Below, in pieces: positions 9,454-18,320 of a stretch of DNA of 32,000 nucleotides. Made by a program: the position numbers and the translations under genes. The first letter of the stretch is position 1; every line of letters begins with the position of its first letter. The notes beneath the pieces were generated by a model. The model searched no databases. It was not told the DNA's origin and worked only from the letters and a program-made list of their open reading frames with translations. The stretch spans positions 210,001 to 242,000 of the forward strand of contig CP002278.1 of the NCBI GenBank assembly GCA_000166095.1. The letters are read 5' to 3'. This stretch comes from Methanothermus fervidus DSM 2088. GTDB lineage: Archaea > Methanobacteriota > Methanobacteria > DSM-2088 > Methanothermaceae.

Positions 9454-9852
9454 ATGGCAATATGGCAAGGTAGATCTAGAAGGAAACCTACTGGTGGAAG
9501 ATTAAAAATGCACAGAAAAAAAAGGAAGCATGAATTAGGCAGAGAACCCATCATGACAAAAATTGGTGAAAGAAAAATTAAAATTGTAAGGACAAGAGGT
9601 GGAAATAAAAAAGTGAAGGTTGCTGCAGACAAAAAGATAAATGTGGCTGACCCAAAAACAAATGAAGTTAAGCCAGCAAAAATAATAAGTGTTGTTGAAA
9701 ATCCTGCAAATCCACATTTAGTAAGAAGAAACATAATAACTAAAGGTGCCATTGTAGAAACTGATCTTGGTAAAGTAAGAGTAACATCACGTCCAGGTCA
9801 GGATGGCGTTATAAATGGGGTTTTAATTGAGGAGAAAAAAGAGAATGGCTAA
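9454..9852 (+). CDS. rps8e: Small ribosomal subunit protein eS8 (S8e)
   Basis: [32 protein letters not shown]...[10 protein letters not shown]...[42 protein letters not shown]. Confidence 0.96.
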   Translation: MAIWQGRSRRKPTGGRLKMHRKKRKHELGREPIMTKIGERKIKIVRTRGGNKKVKVAADKKINVADPKTNEVKPAKIISVVENPANPHLVRRNIITKGAIVETDLGKVRVTSRPGQDGVINGVLIEEKKENG

Positions 9853-9876
9853 TAACTATATCTCAAATTTAATTTT

Positions 9877-10548
9877 TTGGAAGTGTTGATTTTGGAAAAG
9901 GAAATAATATTAAAACGTGTGAATGAATTTTTAGATCATATAAATAAAAAATTACCTGAAAGTATGGAATTAGAGTTTGAGGGATACTACAAAAGAGGTT
10001 TTTTTGTAACAAAAAAGAGATATGCATTAATAGAAGATGATAAGATCATCGTTAAAGGTTTAGAATTTGTTAGGCGTGATTGGGCACCTATAGCTAAGAA
10101 AACCCAAGAGAAAGTTTTATATACTATATTAAAGGAAGGATCTCCAAAAAAAGCTGAAAAAATTATAAGAAAAGTGATTAAAGACATAAAAGAAGGAAAT
10201 TTAAATTTGGAAGATCTTGTCATACATACACAAATAACAAAAAAATTGGATGAATATAAACAAATAGGACCTCATGTGATTGCAGCAAAAAAAGCTTTAA
10301 GAAGAGGAAGAAGAATAGATCCCGGAGCAATCATCAGATATATAATAGTTAAAGGATCAAGGCCAATCAGTGAAAGAGCAGAACCCATTGAAGATGTTTC
10401 GCTAGAAGATTATGATCCTCAATACTATATTGAGCACCAAGTTTTACCAGCAGTTTCAAGAATAATGAAAGCATTAGGATATTCTGATGAAGATTTAAAA
10501 AGTATTATATATGGTGAAAGGCAGGCAAGTTTAGATTCTTTCCTATAA
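9877..10548 (+). CDS. polB2: Split family B DNA polymerase, small C-terminal subunit (PolB2 type)
   Basis: '[43 protein letters not shown]...[58 protein letters not shown]...[25 protein letters not shown]' is the C-terminal part of archaeal PolB. It is 223 aa, stand-alone, and lacks the YxDTD motif. Confidence 0.93.
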   Translation: MEVLILEKEIILKRVNEFLDHINKKLPESMELEFEGYYKRGFFVTKKRYALIEDDKIIVKGLEFVRRDWAPIAKKTQEKVLYTILKEGSPKKAEKIIRKVIKDIKEGNLNLEDLVIHTQITKKLDEYKQIGPHVIAAKKALRRGRRIDPGAIIRYIIVKGSRPISERAEPIEDVSLEDYDPQYYIEHQVLPAVSRIMKALGYSDEDLKSIIYGERQASLDSFL

Positions 10549-10557
10549 AAAATAGTC

Positions 10558-11256
10558 TTGATGAAAATGTATAAGACAGTATTTTTTGATATAGATGATA
10601 CACTCTATAATACTTCTGAATTTGCTGAATTAGCACGTAAGGCAGCATTAGACGCCATGATAGAGGCAGGATTGCCTTTATCTCGTTCTAAAGCCTATAA
10701 GTTGCTCAGAGATATTATAAAAGAAAAAGGTTCTAATTATGGAAAACATTTCAATTTATTGACTAAAAGAGTCTTAGGTAAAGAAGATCCGCTATTGATA
10801 GCTTTAGCTGTTATAACATACCACAATGTTAAATTTGCACATCTAAAACCATTTCCAGAAACAATACCTACTTTATTGTATCTGAAATGTAAAGGATATA
10901 AAATAGGTGTGATATCAAATGGATTAACAATAAAACAATGGGAAAAATTGATTAGATTAGGTATTCATCATTTCTTCGATGTGGTAGTTACATCAGAAGA
11001 AGTTGGAGTAGAAAAACCAGAACCTGGTATATTTAAGGAAGCCTTAAAAAGAATAAAATCAAAAGCTGAAGAAGCAGTGATGGTAGGGGATAAACTTAAA
11101 GAAGATATTTTAGGCGCTGTCAAAGTTGGAATGTCTGCAGTGTTAATAGGTGATATATCTGAAAAAGAAAAAGAATATTTAAAAAAATTAGAAAATAAAA
11201 CAAATAAGAAAATATATGTAATCTCAAAATTAGATGAATTAAAAGAGATTTTATGA
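10558..11256 (+). CDS. HAD superfamily hydrolase
   Basis: 'KTVFFDIDDTLYNT' motif I, 'ISNG' motif II, 'KPEPGIFKEAL...EAVMVGDKLKEDILGA' motifs III/IV. A second Met at 10564 is also plausible. Confidence 0.9.
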   Translation: MMKMYKTVFFDIDDTLYNTSEFAELARKAALDAMIEAGLPLSRSKAYKLLRDIIKEKGSNYGKHFNLLTKRVLGKEDPLLIALAVITYHNVKFAHLKPFPETIPTLLYLKCKGYKIGVISNGLTIKQWEKLIRLGIHHFFDVVVTSEEVGVEKPEPGIFKEALKRIKSKAEEAVMVGDKLKEDILGAVKVGMSAVLIGDISEKEKEYLKKLENKTNKKIYVISKLDELKEIL

Positions 11257-11278
11257 ATTTTCTAAATTTGGTGATTAT

Positions 11279-12832
11279 ATGGAATATAATTACTATCATG
11301 ATGAACTCATGGTTGAATTATTTGAAATTTTAAAACAGCCAAAAGACCTTGATAGTTTGGATCTTTCAGACACATTTGTTGAAAATCTTGTTTTAAAAAT
11401 AATTTCAATGCATGGTACTATTAGAACAAGTAAAATAAAGGAGATAACAGGATTACATTTAGATATATTGGAAGAAGTTTTGCATGAGTTAGAGAGAAGA
11501 GAATTATGTGCACAAGTTAAAGGTGGGTTTTTATTTTCAAGTGTTGATTATACGATTACTAAAAAAGGAAGAGAATTTGCCGAAAGAATAATGAAAGAAA
11601 ATCCATACATAGGGATGGCACCTGTTTCATATGATAGATATTACAAAGTGATGGAGGCTCAATTAAAGGGTAGATTTCCAATTGAGATTCCAGAAGAAGT
11701 TATAGAGGAAGCATTTAAAGGAGTTGTTGGAGCTGAACATGCTAAAGAAGCACTAGTAGATTCATGTACATCTGGTAGAGGTGTGTTTATTTATGGACCA
11801 CCAGGTACTGGTAAAACATTTCTTACAAGTAAAATGTCTAAATTGCTCCCACCAATAATAATACCTAAATATGTGGAGTTTGGAGGACAAGTTGTTGAAT
11901 TATATGATCCTGATTTCCATGTATTGTGTAAAGAACAGCCAGAAGATCCTCGGTGGGTTAAAATATATGCACCTTTTGTGTTTACAGGTGCTGAGTTAAG
12001 TTTAGAGAAATTAGATACAAATTACAACCATAATAAGGGCGTTTATGAATCTTCACCCATTATAAAAGCAAATGGTGGTGTTTTATTAATAGATGATTTA
12101 GGAAGACAAAGGGATGACCATGAAGTAATACTTAATAGACTTATAGTACCTATGGAGAACAAAATAGATACTGTCTATATAAGAGGAGTACCTGTAAGTT
12201 TTTATTCACATTTCATACCAGTTTTTTCAACAAATTTAGACATAAGTATAATGGACGAAGCTCACTTGAGGAGAGCACCAATTCATGTATTTTTAGGTCC
12301 TCCATCAACAGATGAAATCGCAAAAGTATTCAAAAACAATTTAGATAAATTAGGAGAATTATATACAGATGAAGCAATAGAAAGATTCACAAAAACATAT
12401 AAACCAACTGATGAAGGCGGTGAAGGATTAGAACCAACTTTTGCTCATGCAAGAGATATAGCTGAAATAGCACAAGCAGTGAGAATAAGATTAGGTAAAG
12501 AATATATTGATGAAGAAGTAGTTGAGGAAGCATTGAATAGACATGTGTTAATAACTCTACAGAGGAAAAATATAGATATAACTGCAGAAGGTAAAATAAG
12601 GACATATAGAATAGAAACTTCAGAGATAGAAAAAACAAAAGAAATATTGTTAAAAGAAGGTGCTTTACAAGTTTCTACAGAATCAAATTCTGTAATTGTA
12701 GACGTTGATAATACAGTGACACCCTCACAAATCCTAAAAGTTCTTGAAAATAATGGAATAATACCTAATAAAGTAGAAATAATAGGTGAAACTGATCGAG
12801 AACTAAGAAAATTTGTTTTAACAGAGGGATAG
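11279..12832 (+). CDS. AAA+ ATPase with N-terminal winged-helix-like domain
   Basis: Walker A 'GPPGTGKTFLTSKMSKLL', Walker B-like 'GGVLLIDDLGRQ', downstream Arg residues 'DEAHLRRAPIHVFLGPP'; N-terminal HTH-like region 'MHGTIRTSKIKEITGLHLDILEEVLHELERRELCAQ'. Confidence 0.85.
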   Translation: MEYNYYHDELMVELFEILKQPKDLDSLDLSDTFVENLVLKIISMHGTIRTSKIKEITGLHLDILEEVLHELERRELCAQVKGGFLFSSVDYTITKKGREFAERIMKENPYIGMAPVSYDRYYKVMEAQLKGRFPIEIPEEVIEEAFKGVVGAEHAKEALVDSCTSGRGVFIYGPPGTGKTFLTSKMSKLLPPIIIPKYVEFGGQVVELYDPDFHVLCKEQPEDPRWVKIYAPFVFTGAELSLEKLDTNYNHNKGVYESSPIIKANGGVLLIDDLGRQRDDHEVILNRLIVPMENKIDTVYIRGVPVSFYSHFIPVFSTNLDISIMDEAHLRRAPIHVFLGPPSTDEIAKVFKNNLDKLGELYTDEAIERFTKTYKPTDEGGEGLEPTFAHARDIAEIAQAVRIRLGKEYIDEEVVEEALNRHVLITLQRKNIDITAEGKIRTYRIETSEIEKTKEILLKEGALQVSTESNSVIVDVDNTVTPSQILKVLENNGIIPNKVEIIGETDRELRKFVLTEG

Positions 12833-12839
12833 TTGAAAG

Positions 12840-13352
12840 CTATACTAACTCAGCTTTAGCTTTTTTAAATGCATTGTACAATTCATCATCATAGGCTACA
12901 AGTATTATTTTAATCTTTTTCCCCTTTCTTTCTAAAAATTTTTTCATTACTTCAATCATTGATTTAGCAGCTTTTTCTTTTGGTAAACCACCAACTCCAG
13001 TACCCATACCGGGGAAAGCAACAGATGATACTTTTAATCTTAATGCTTCTTCTAAGGCAGCAGATGTCGCCTTTTTTATAGTTTCTATATCTGTAGGTTG
13101 GGAAGGTTTTTTCATCGTTGGTGCATGTATGACATATCTTGCTTTTAATTTTCCAGCAGTTGTAGATATTGCATCGCCAATATCTATAGGGGCTTTAGAC
13201 ATTGCTTCCTTTTCTATTTCTTTTCCTCCACGATTTTTTATTGCTAATGCTACACCGCCACCCATTTTTCCATATGAATTCGCAGGATTTACGATTGCAT
13301 CTGCCTTAACTTCCGTAATATCTCCTTTTATAATTTCTATTTTATCTTTCAA
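12840..13352 (-). CDS. Macro-domain (ADP-ribose-binding / Appr-1''-p processing-like) protein
   Basis: 'IEIIKGDITEVKADAIVNPANSYGKMGGGVALAIKNRGG...', 'VSSVAFPGMGTGVGGLPKEKAAKSM'. ORF opens at 13421, but TTG 13352 follows a GGAGGA SD at about 13361-13365, so the shorter start is preferred. Confidence 0.9.
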   Translation of the reverse strand: MKDKIEIIKGDITEVKADAIVNPANSYGKMGGGVALAIKNRGGKEIEKEAMSKAPIDIGDAISTTAGKLKARYVIHAPTMKKPSQPTDIETIKKATSAALEEALRLKVSSVAFPGMGTGVGGLPKEKAAKSMIEVMKKFLERKGKKIKIILVAYDDELYNAFKKAKAELV

Positions 13353-13422
13353 GTGTTTATCCTCCACACTTTTTAATAATTTATTTAACTTTTTTGTTAA
13401 AATAAAATTATTCAAACACAAT

Positions 13423-13480
13423 GTATATATATGAAAGAAACTTTGTATTTCTAATGTACATTAATTAATATCAAAGGAGG
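13423..13480 (+). promoter_or_regulatory. TATA-like element (gtatatatat, about 13423-13432) and strong SD (AAAGGAGGTGA) for the beta-helix protein gene
   Basis: gtatatatatg followed about 40 nt later by aaaggaggtga and start GTG 13489. Confidence 0.5.
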
Positions 13481-13488
13481 TGAAATTA

Positions 13489-15270
13489 GTGAGAAAATTT
13501 ACATTGCTGATGTTACTGTTGATAGTAATTTCAATGAGTGGAATTGCAGGAGCTGCAGAAGTAAAGAATCTAAACACGAGCAAAACATTCACTAAAATTC
13601 AGGAGGCTATTGATGATCCAAGTACAACAGATGGCAATATAATAATCGTTGGTCCAGGTAATTATACAGAAAATATACTAGTAAATAAGTCTCTAACTTT
13701 GAAATCTAATGGAAGTGCAATAATTAATGCTGTAAGTTCTGAAAAATCTACCATAACAATAAAAGCAAACAATGTGTGGATTGAAGGATTTATAATTATT
13801 GGAGGAAAAAATGGAATTTACATGGAAAATGTTACTGGTTGTACAATAACTAACAATACAATACAAAATGCCTTTGTCAGTGGGTGGGAATACTATGGAG
13901 GAAATGGAATTTGCTTAGTAAATTCCACAAACAACACTATAACTAATAATATCATCAGAAATAACACATGGAATGGCATTAACGTTTGTGAGTCCAAAGG
14001 AAACATTATTAAAAACAATACAATAATGTATAGTGGAGGAATAGGAATTTACGTTTGGGGATTTAACAAATTCGAAGGAAACAATATAATTGAAAATAAT
14101 AGAATTATAAATGCAACCTATGGAGGTATATATCTATTTAGACCCTCAAATAACAAAATTTGTAGGAACTATATTGCAAATGTCAGCAGTGGTGGAGGAG
14201 GAATGTCAGGTGCCATTTGCATAGATGTATCAGATTACAACATTGTCAAAGACAACATTGGTATTAATTGTGATGGAGGATTATTTACAGATGGAATGAT
14301 AGGCAATGAGATAACCAATAATATATTCAAAAATTGTAAAGTAGCAGTGAGTGAAAGTACTTATGGTCCAGCATCTAGGAACAATAAAATATATGGAAAT
14401 TACTTTATTAACTACGAAACTGCAATATCTGATCCAAAAGGAGAATTAGTTGATAATATCTGGAATACAACTGAAGGTGGCAATTATTGGTCAAATTACA
14501 CAGGAAATAATACAGGAGATGGAACTGGTAACATCCCATACTACTATGACAATAAACCATTAGTTGTCGATTTAGCAATTGAAGATATTGCAGCAAAGCC
14601 ATCAGGAATAGAAGTACGTGTTAAAAATTTAGGAAAGGCAGATATCAAAAAAATAGACCCATTAACTAAACTCAAAATAAAAATAAGTTGTGATAATGAT
14701 GTATATGAAACATTTATAGATCCACTTTCTGCAGGAGAATCACAAATTGTAAGATGGGACAAAATTGTTCCAGAAGGAAATCATACAATAAAAGCTGAAA
14801 TTCCATACAGTGCTGAAGGTTATTTAATAGGAACAAATATCAGAGATGCAGACATCAGTAACAATGTATTCTCAAAAATTGTGCAAGGTTTTGTTCAAAA
14901 CAAAACCTTCACAATAACCCTAACAAACTTAGGAAAATCAACAATAACCATAAAATATTACATCTCAATCTACACAAATCCAGTTAATGGAACTAAAGTC
15001 AGCTATAGAGAATTAACAATAACTCTAAAGCCAAATGAAACAAAAACAATAGAGTTAGGTAAATATCCATTTAAATATGCAGTATCTGGAACAATGATTG
15101 TCAAAAATCCATCAAGATATAGAATTCCATTAAATCTAAGAATAAAATATGAAATTGAGGGATTGAATCCACAGATGAGGGAGATAAGTAAATACATAGC
15201 TCCAAGGGGAGAATTTAGGTATATAGCTAGATATACAGGGAAAGAAGAAGGATATGCTGATGTTTGGTGA
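13489..15270 (+). CDS. Exported NosD-like right-handed parallel beta-helix protein with C-terminal beta-rich (CARDB-like) region
   Basis: Signal peptide [25 protein letters not shown]; repeated 'NxxxxNxIxNNxI' rungs ([11 protein letters not shown]..., [16 protein letters not shown]..., [19 protein letters not shown]...); then '[26 protein letters not shown]'. Confidence 0.85.
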   Translation: MRKFTLLMLLLIVISMSGIAGAAEVKNLNTSKTFTKIQEAIDDPSTTDGNIIIVGPGNYTENILVNKSLTLKSNGSAIINAVSSEKSTITIKANNVWIEGFIIIGGKNGIYMENVTGCTITNNTIQNAFVSGWEYYGGNGICLVNSTNNTITNNIIRNNTWNGINVCESKGNIIKNNTIMYSGGIGIYVWGFNKFEGNNIIENNRIINATYGGIYLFRPSNNKICRNYIANVSSGGGGMSGAICIDVSDYNIVKDNIGINCDGGLFTDGMIGNEITNNIFKNCKVAVSESTYGPASRNNKIYGNYFINYETAISDPKGELVDNIWNTTEGGNYWSNYTGNNTGDGTGNIPYYYDNKPLVVDLAIEDIAAKPSGIEVRVKNLGKADIKKIDPLTKLKIKISCDNDVYETFIDPLSAGESQIVRWDKIVPEGNHTIKAEIPYSAEGYLIGTNIRDADISNNVFSKIVQGFVQNKTFTITLTNLGKSTITIKYYISIYTNPVNGTKVSYRELTITLKPNETKTIELGKYPFKYAVSGTMIVKNPSRYRIPLNLRIKYEIEGLNPQMREISKYIAPRGEFRYIARYTGKEEGYADVW

Positions 15271-15292
15271 TTCTTTTTTTATTTTTTTTATT
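15271..15292 (+). terminator. Poly-T terminator for the beta-helix gene
   Basis: ttctttttttatttttttttattttt directly after the stop codon, consistent with archaeal oligo-T termination. Confidence 0.5.
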
Positions 15293-15294
15293 TT

Positions 15295-16431
15295 TTAAGA
15301 ATTTACAACATAAATTTTTTCAATTTTTTCTACCACTTGGTCCCATGTAAACATTTTTTCAACCTTTTTACGTCCATTTTTGCCCATTCCTTTAGCTATT
15401 TTTTTGTTTTTCAATAAAAATTTTAGCTTTTCACATAATTCAGAAATATTTTGTTTATTGACTAAAAACCCATTGATGCCATCGTCAATTACTTCAGTTA
15501 CGCCTCCTGACTTATATGCTATCACTGGTTTATAACATGCGTTAGCTTCCACAAGAACCATTCCAAAACCTTCTCTTGTTGAAGGCAAAACTAAAACTTC
15601 TGACTTTTTTATTTCTTTAATTACGTCGCTGTAATCATCTATTTTCCCAAAAAATTTAACTTTATCTTCTATGCTCAATTTTTTTACTAAATTTTTCAAA
15701 TTTTTTGATACCACTCCATCGCCTATTATTTTTAATTTTACATCAGGTATTTCATTTACAAGTAATTTAACAGCTTTTATTAATTCATCAACATGTTTAT
15801 GTGGAATTAATCTTCCAACAAATATTATTGAATTTTTATCAATGCCATTACATTCTACTGAATCTATTAATTTTAAATCAACACCATTATAGACAACATG
15901 AATTTTATTGTTAGGAATACCATATTTTCTATTTAAAATTCTTTTTACAGCATTGCTCACTGTTATAATTTTCTTAAATGGCAGTTTGTATAAAATTTTT
16001 TCAAAAAAATTAGCAATGCTACCATAATATATCCATTGTTCCTTATTTTTTTCTTCTGCTACATCATGAATGGTACCTATCACATTTTTTTGTATTTTCA
16101 AAATATAAGCTAAAGATGCAGGAATTAATGGGATGAATGCTTGAGCATCCACAACATCATATTTATGGGTTGTTAACCATTTAAATACAGAAATTATAAA
16201 TCTTAAAAAATCTAATGGAGACCTATAAGGAGGGTTATTTATTGTTGGTCCTAAATGATACACATTTATTCCATCAATATTCTCATATTCAGGAACATTG
16301 CTAATTTTCATACATAGGACATCAACTTCATGACCTCTTCTTACAAGACGTTTTGCTATTTCATAAAGCCTTCTTTCTCCTCCACCTTGATAATGAGGAA
16401 TGAAAAAATCTATAATATAACATATTTTCAT
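15295..16431 (-). CDS. GT4-family glycosyltransferase
   Basis: 'IIDFFIPHYQGGGERRLYEIAKRLVRRGHEVDVLC', 'IFVGRLIPHKHVDELIKAVKLL', 'LVLPSTREGFGMVLVEANACYKPVIAYKSGGVTEVI'. Confidence 0.93.
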   Translation of the reverse strand: MKICYIIDFFIPHYQGGGERRLYEIAKRLVRRGHEVDVLCMKISNVPEYENIDGINVYHLGPTINNPPYRSPLDFLRFIISVFKWLTTHKYDVVDAQAFIPLIPASLAYILKIQKNVIGTIHDVAEEKNKEQWIYYGSIANFFEKILYKLPFKKIITVSNAVKRILNRKYGIPNNKIHVVYNGVDLKLIDSVECNGIDKNSIIFVGRLIPHKHVDELIKAVKLLVNEIPDVKLKIIGDGVVSKNLKNLVKKLSIEDKVKFFGKIDDYSDVIKEIKKSEVLVLPSTREGFGMVLVEANACYKPVIAYKSGGVTEVIDDGINGFLVNKQNISELCEKLKFLLKNKKIAKGMGKNGRKKVEKMFTWDQVVEKIEKIYVVNS

Positions 16432-16486
16432 CTTTTCACCCCATTTTAAAAAATTTAGGTAAGATAAATATGAAATTAATTATTAG

Positions 16487-16541
16487 AATCAGAGCTCAGT
16501 CTCTTCATCATTTTTGTCAGCCCACGGCGCCTTCATCATCA
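16487..16541 (-). ncRNA. C/D-box guide sRNA (second of a tandem pair)
   Basis: Minus strand: C box ATGATGA (16539-16533), guide AGGCGCCGTGGG (12 nt), D' CTGA (16520-16517), spacer CAAAA, C' ATGATGA (16511-16505), guide AGAGACTGAGCT (12 nt), D CTGA (16492-16489). All four boxes are exact consensus and the guides have equal length. Confidence 0.85.
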
Positions 16542-16598
16542 GAAATGTGAGTTCTTCATCATAGGCAATGTCAGCACCCGCGCCCTTTCATCATCAAT
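16539..16598 (-). ncRNA. C/D-box guide sRNA (first of a tandem pair)
   Basis: Minus strand: C box ATGATGA (16594-16588), guide AAGGGCGCGGGTG (13 nt), D' CTGA (16574-16571), spacer CATTGCCT, C' ATGATGA (16562-16556), guide AGAACTCACATTT (13 nt), D CTGA (16542-16539). Confidence 0.87.
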
Positions 16599-16605
16599 AA
16601 AATTT

Positions 16606-16776
16606 TTATTTTTTTAATTTTAAAAGTGTAAAAATAGCTAAAATTCCTACAATTATTATACTTATTGCAGCAAAACGAAATGATATCCTTCTTGACCTCC
16701 AGAAATATGCTATTATTATCAATGTAGCAATGGCAATGATTTTCAGAAAAATTTTTAATTGGATGTTCATTTTCAT
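16606..16776 (-). CDS. Small membrane protein (56 aa), unannotated in the ORF track
   Basis: Minus-strand translation MKMNIQLKIFLKIIAIATLIIIAYFWRSRRISFRFAAISIIIVGILAIFTLLKLKK*; two hydrophobic helices, AGGAG SD just upstream of ATG 16776. Confidence 0.6.
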   Translation of the reverse strand: MKMNIQLKIFLKIIAIATLIIIAYFWRSRRISFRFAAISIIIVGILAIFTLLKLKK

Positions 16777-16866
16777 GTCTCCTAAAAACTTAATTATATT
16801 TTTAGACTAAATTTTTAAATAATATACTCTTTAAATTTTTGATAATCTACTTTTTGAGGGAAAGAT

Positions 16867-18318
16867 ATGAAAATTCATGTATTTAGATATGATCCCAAAG
16901 TTGATAATAAACCATATTATGAAACATATGAAATAAGTAAAAAGGAAAAAATGACAGTATTAGATGCATTAAACACAATAAATGCAAAATATGGGGCAAA
17001 TATTGCCTTTAGAAGTTCATGTAAAGCTGGACAATGTGGATCTTGCGCTGTAAAAGTTAACGGAAAACCTGTTTTAGCTTGTAAACATGAAGTAGAAAAC
17101 AATGCCATTATAGAACCTTTAGATTTACCTGTCATTAAAGATTTAATTGTTGATAGGAAAGAAATGGAAAATAAAGCACGTGAAATGCATTTATATTTAC
17201 ATTCAAAAAAGACTAAAGATCTGAGAATCATAAAACCAGAAAAGTATTGGGATTCTAGGAAAGTTAGAGGTTGTATCGAGTGTTTTTCATGTTTAACAGC
17301 TTGTCCTGTTATCAAAGAGACTTCAAAATATTTAGGACCCTATCATATGAACTATATAGCTAAATTTGCATTTGATCCAAGAGATGAATATAATAGAGTG
17401 TCCCAAGGAATAAAAAAAGGAATTTATTATTGTACTACTTGTGGAGCATGCGAAGAAGTGTGTCCTAAAGGACTAAATCTTCCAGGAGATGCAATAGAAA
17501 AATTGAGAGAACTTGCATATAAAGAAGAGATGGGTCCATTGCCTCCACACACATCTATTAGAAAACGCGTGGAAAAAACTGGAAGATCCGTAGATTTCAT
17601 TGGAAAATCATTTATAGACAATGTCTCAAAATTTGGGGAAAGCAATATAGCATTCTTTACGGGGTGTTTAGTTGATTATAGAATGCCAGAAGTTGGTGAA
17701 GCATTACTAAAAATATTTGAAAATATTGGATTAGATATAGATGTTCCTAAAGGACAAGTATGTTGTGGATCTCCATTAATACGTACAGGGCAGACTGATA
17801 TTGTAAAAGAACTTGTAGAGAAAAACAGAGAAATATTTGAGGGATATGATACTGTAATAACATTGTGTGCTGGGTGTGGATCAACACTAAAAAATGACTA
17901 TCCTAAGTTTGGTGTTAAATTAAATGTTAAAGACATAAGTGAATTTTTAGTTGATAAAAATCTAAACCTTAAACCTATTAAAATGAGAGTAACCTATCAT
18001 GACCCTTGTCATTTGGCTAGAGGACAAAACGTTCGTAAAGAGCCACGAAAAATTTTAAATAAAATTCCTGGATTAGATTTTGTTGAAATGGATGAACCTG
18101 ATAGGTGTTGTGGTGCAGGTGGAGGTGTGAGATCAGGCAAACCTGAATTAGCCCAAAAACTGGCTAAAAAGAAAATAGAGATGGCAGAAAAAATAAATGC
18201 AGATGCAATTATAACCATATGTCCATTTTGTCAATTAAATATGCAAGATGCAGCAAATAAAAAATCTACAAAAATTAAAGTTTTAAACATAGTAGAATTA
18301 TTAAGAAAAGGTTTGTAA
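16867..18318 (+). CDS. tfrB: CoM/CoB (thiol:)fumarate reductase-type iron-sulfur subunit B
   Basis: N-terminal 2Fe-2S region 'SSCKAGQCGSCAVKVNGKPVLAC', two 4Fe-4S motifs 'CIECFSCLTACP' and 'CTTCGACEEVCPKG', and two CCG domains ('CCGSPLIRTG', 'CCGAGGGVRSG'). Confidence 0.88.
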   Translation: MKIHVFRYDPKVDNKPYYETYEISKKEKMTVLDALNTINAKYGANIAFRSSCKAGQCGSCAVKVNGKPVLACKHEVENNAIIEPLDLPVIKDLIVDRKEMENKAREMHLYLHSKKTKDLRIIKPEKYWDSRKVRGCIECFSCLTACPVIKETSKYLGPYHMNYIAKFAFDPRDEYNRVSQGIKKGIYYCTTCGACEEVCPKGLNLPGDAIEKLRELAYKEEMGPLPPHTSIRKRVEKTGRSVDFIGKSFIDNVSKFGESNIAFFTGCLVDYRMPEVGEALLKIFENIGLDIDVPKGQVCCGSPLIRTGQTDIVKELVEKNREIFEGYDTVITLCAGCGSTLKNDYPKFGVKLNVKDISEFLVDKNLNLKPIKMRVTYHDPCHLARGQNVRKEPRKILNKIPGLDFVEMDEPDRCCGAGGGVRSGKPELAQKLAKKKIEMAEKINADAIITICPFCQLNMQDAANKKSTKIKVLNIVELLRKGL

Positions 18319-18320
18319 CG

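Noticed and set aside
11279-13421. AAA+ ATPase next to a macro-domain protein as a defence or toxin-antitoxin module
   Set aside because: The genes are convergent on opposite strands, no toxin or nuclease partner is present, and the neighbourhood is housekeeping (PolB, rps8e, HAD).
13352-13421. Longer macro-domain N-terminus (MCLNNFILTKKLNKLLKSVEDKH) from the ORF track
   Set aside because: Overlaps the likely promoter of the divergent gene; the TTG at 13352 has a better SD and gives a standard macro-domain start.
16490-16504. Internal CTGA inside the last guide (AGAGACTGAGCT) as an alternative D box
   Set aside because: It would leave only a 5-nt guide after the C' box; the downstream CTGA gives a 12-nt guide equal to the partner guide.
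16489-16598. TTCATCATC-type short direct repeats, first seen as a microsatellite or possible CRISPR-like repeat
   Set aside because: Spacing and the interleaved TCAG elements are fully explained by C/D/C'/D' boxes of sRNAs on the minus strand; repeats are too short and too close for CRISPR.
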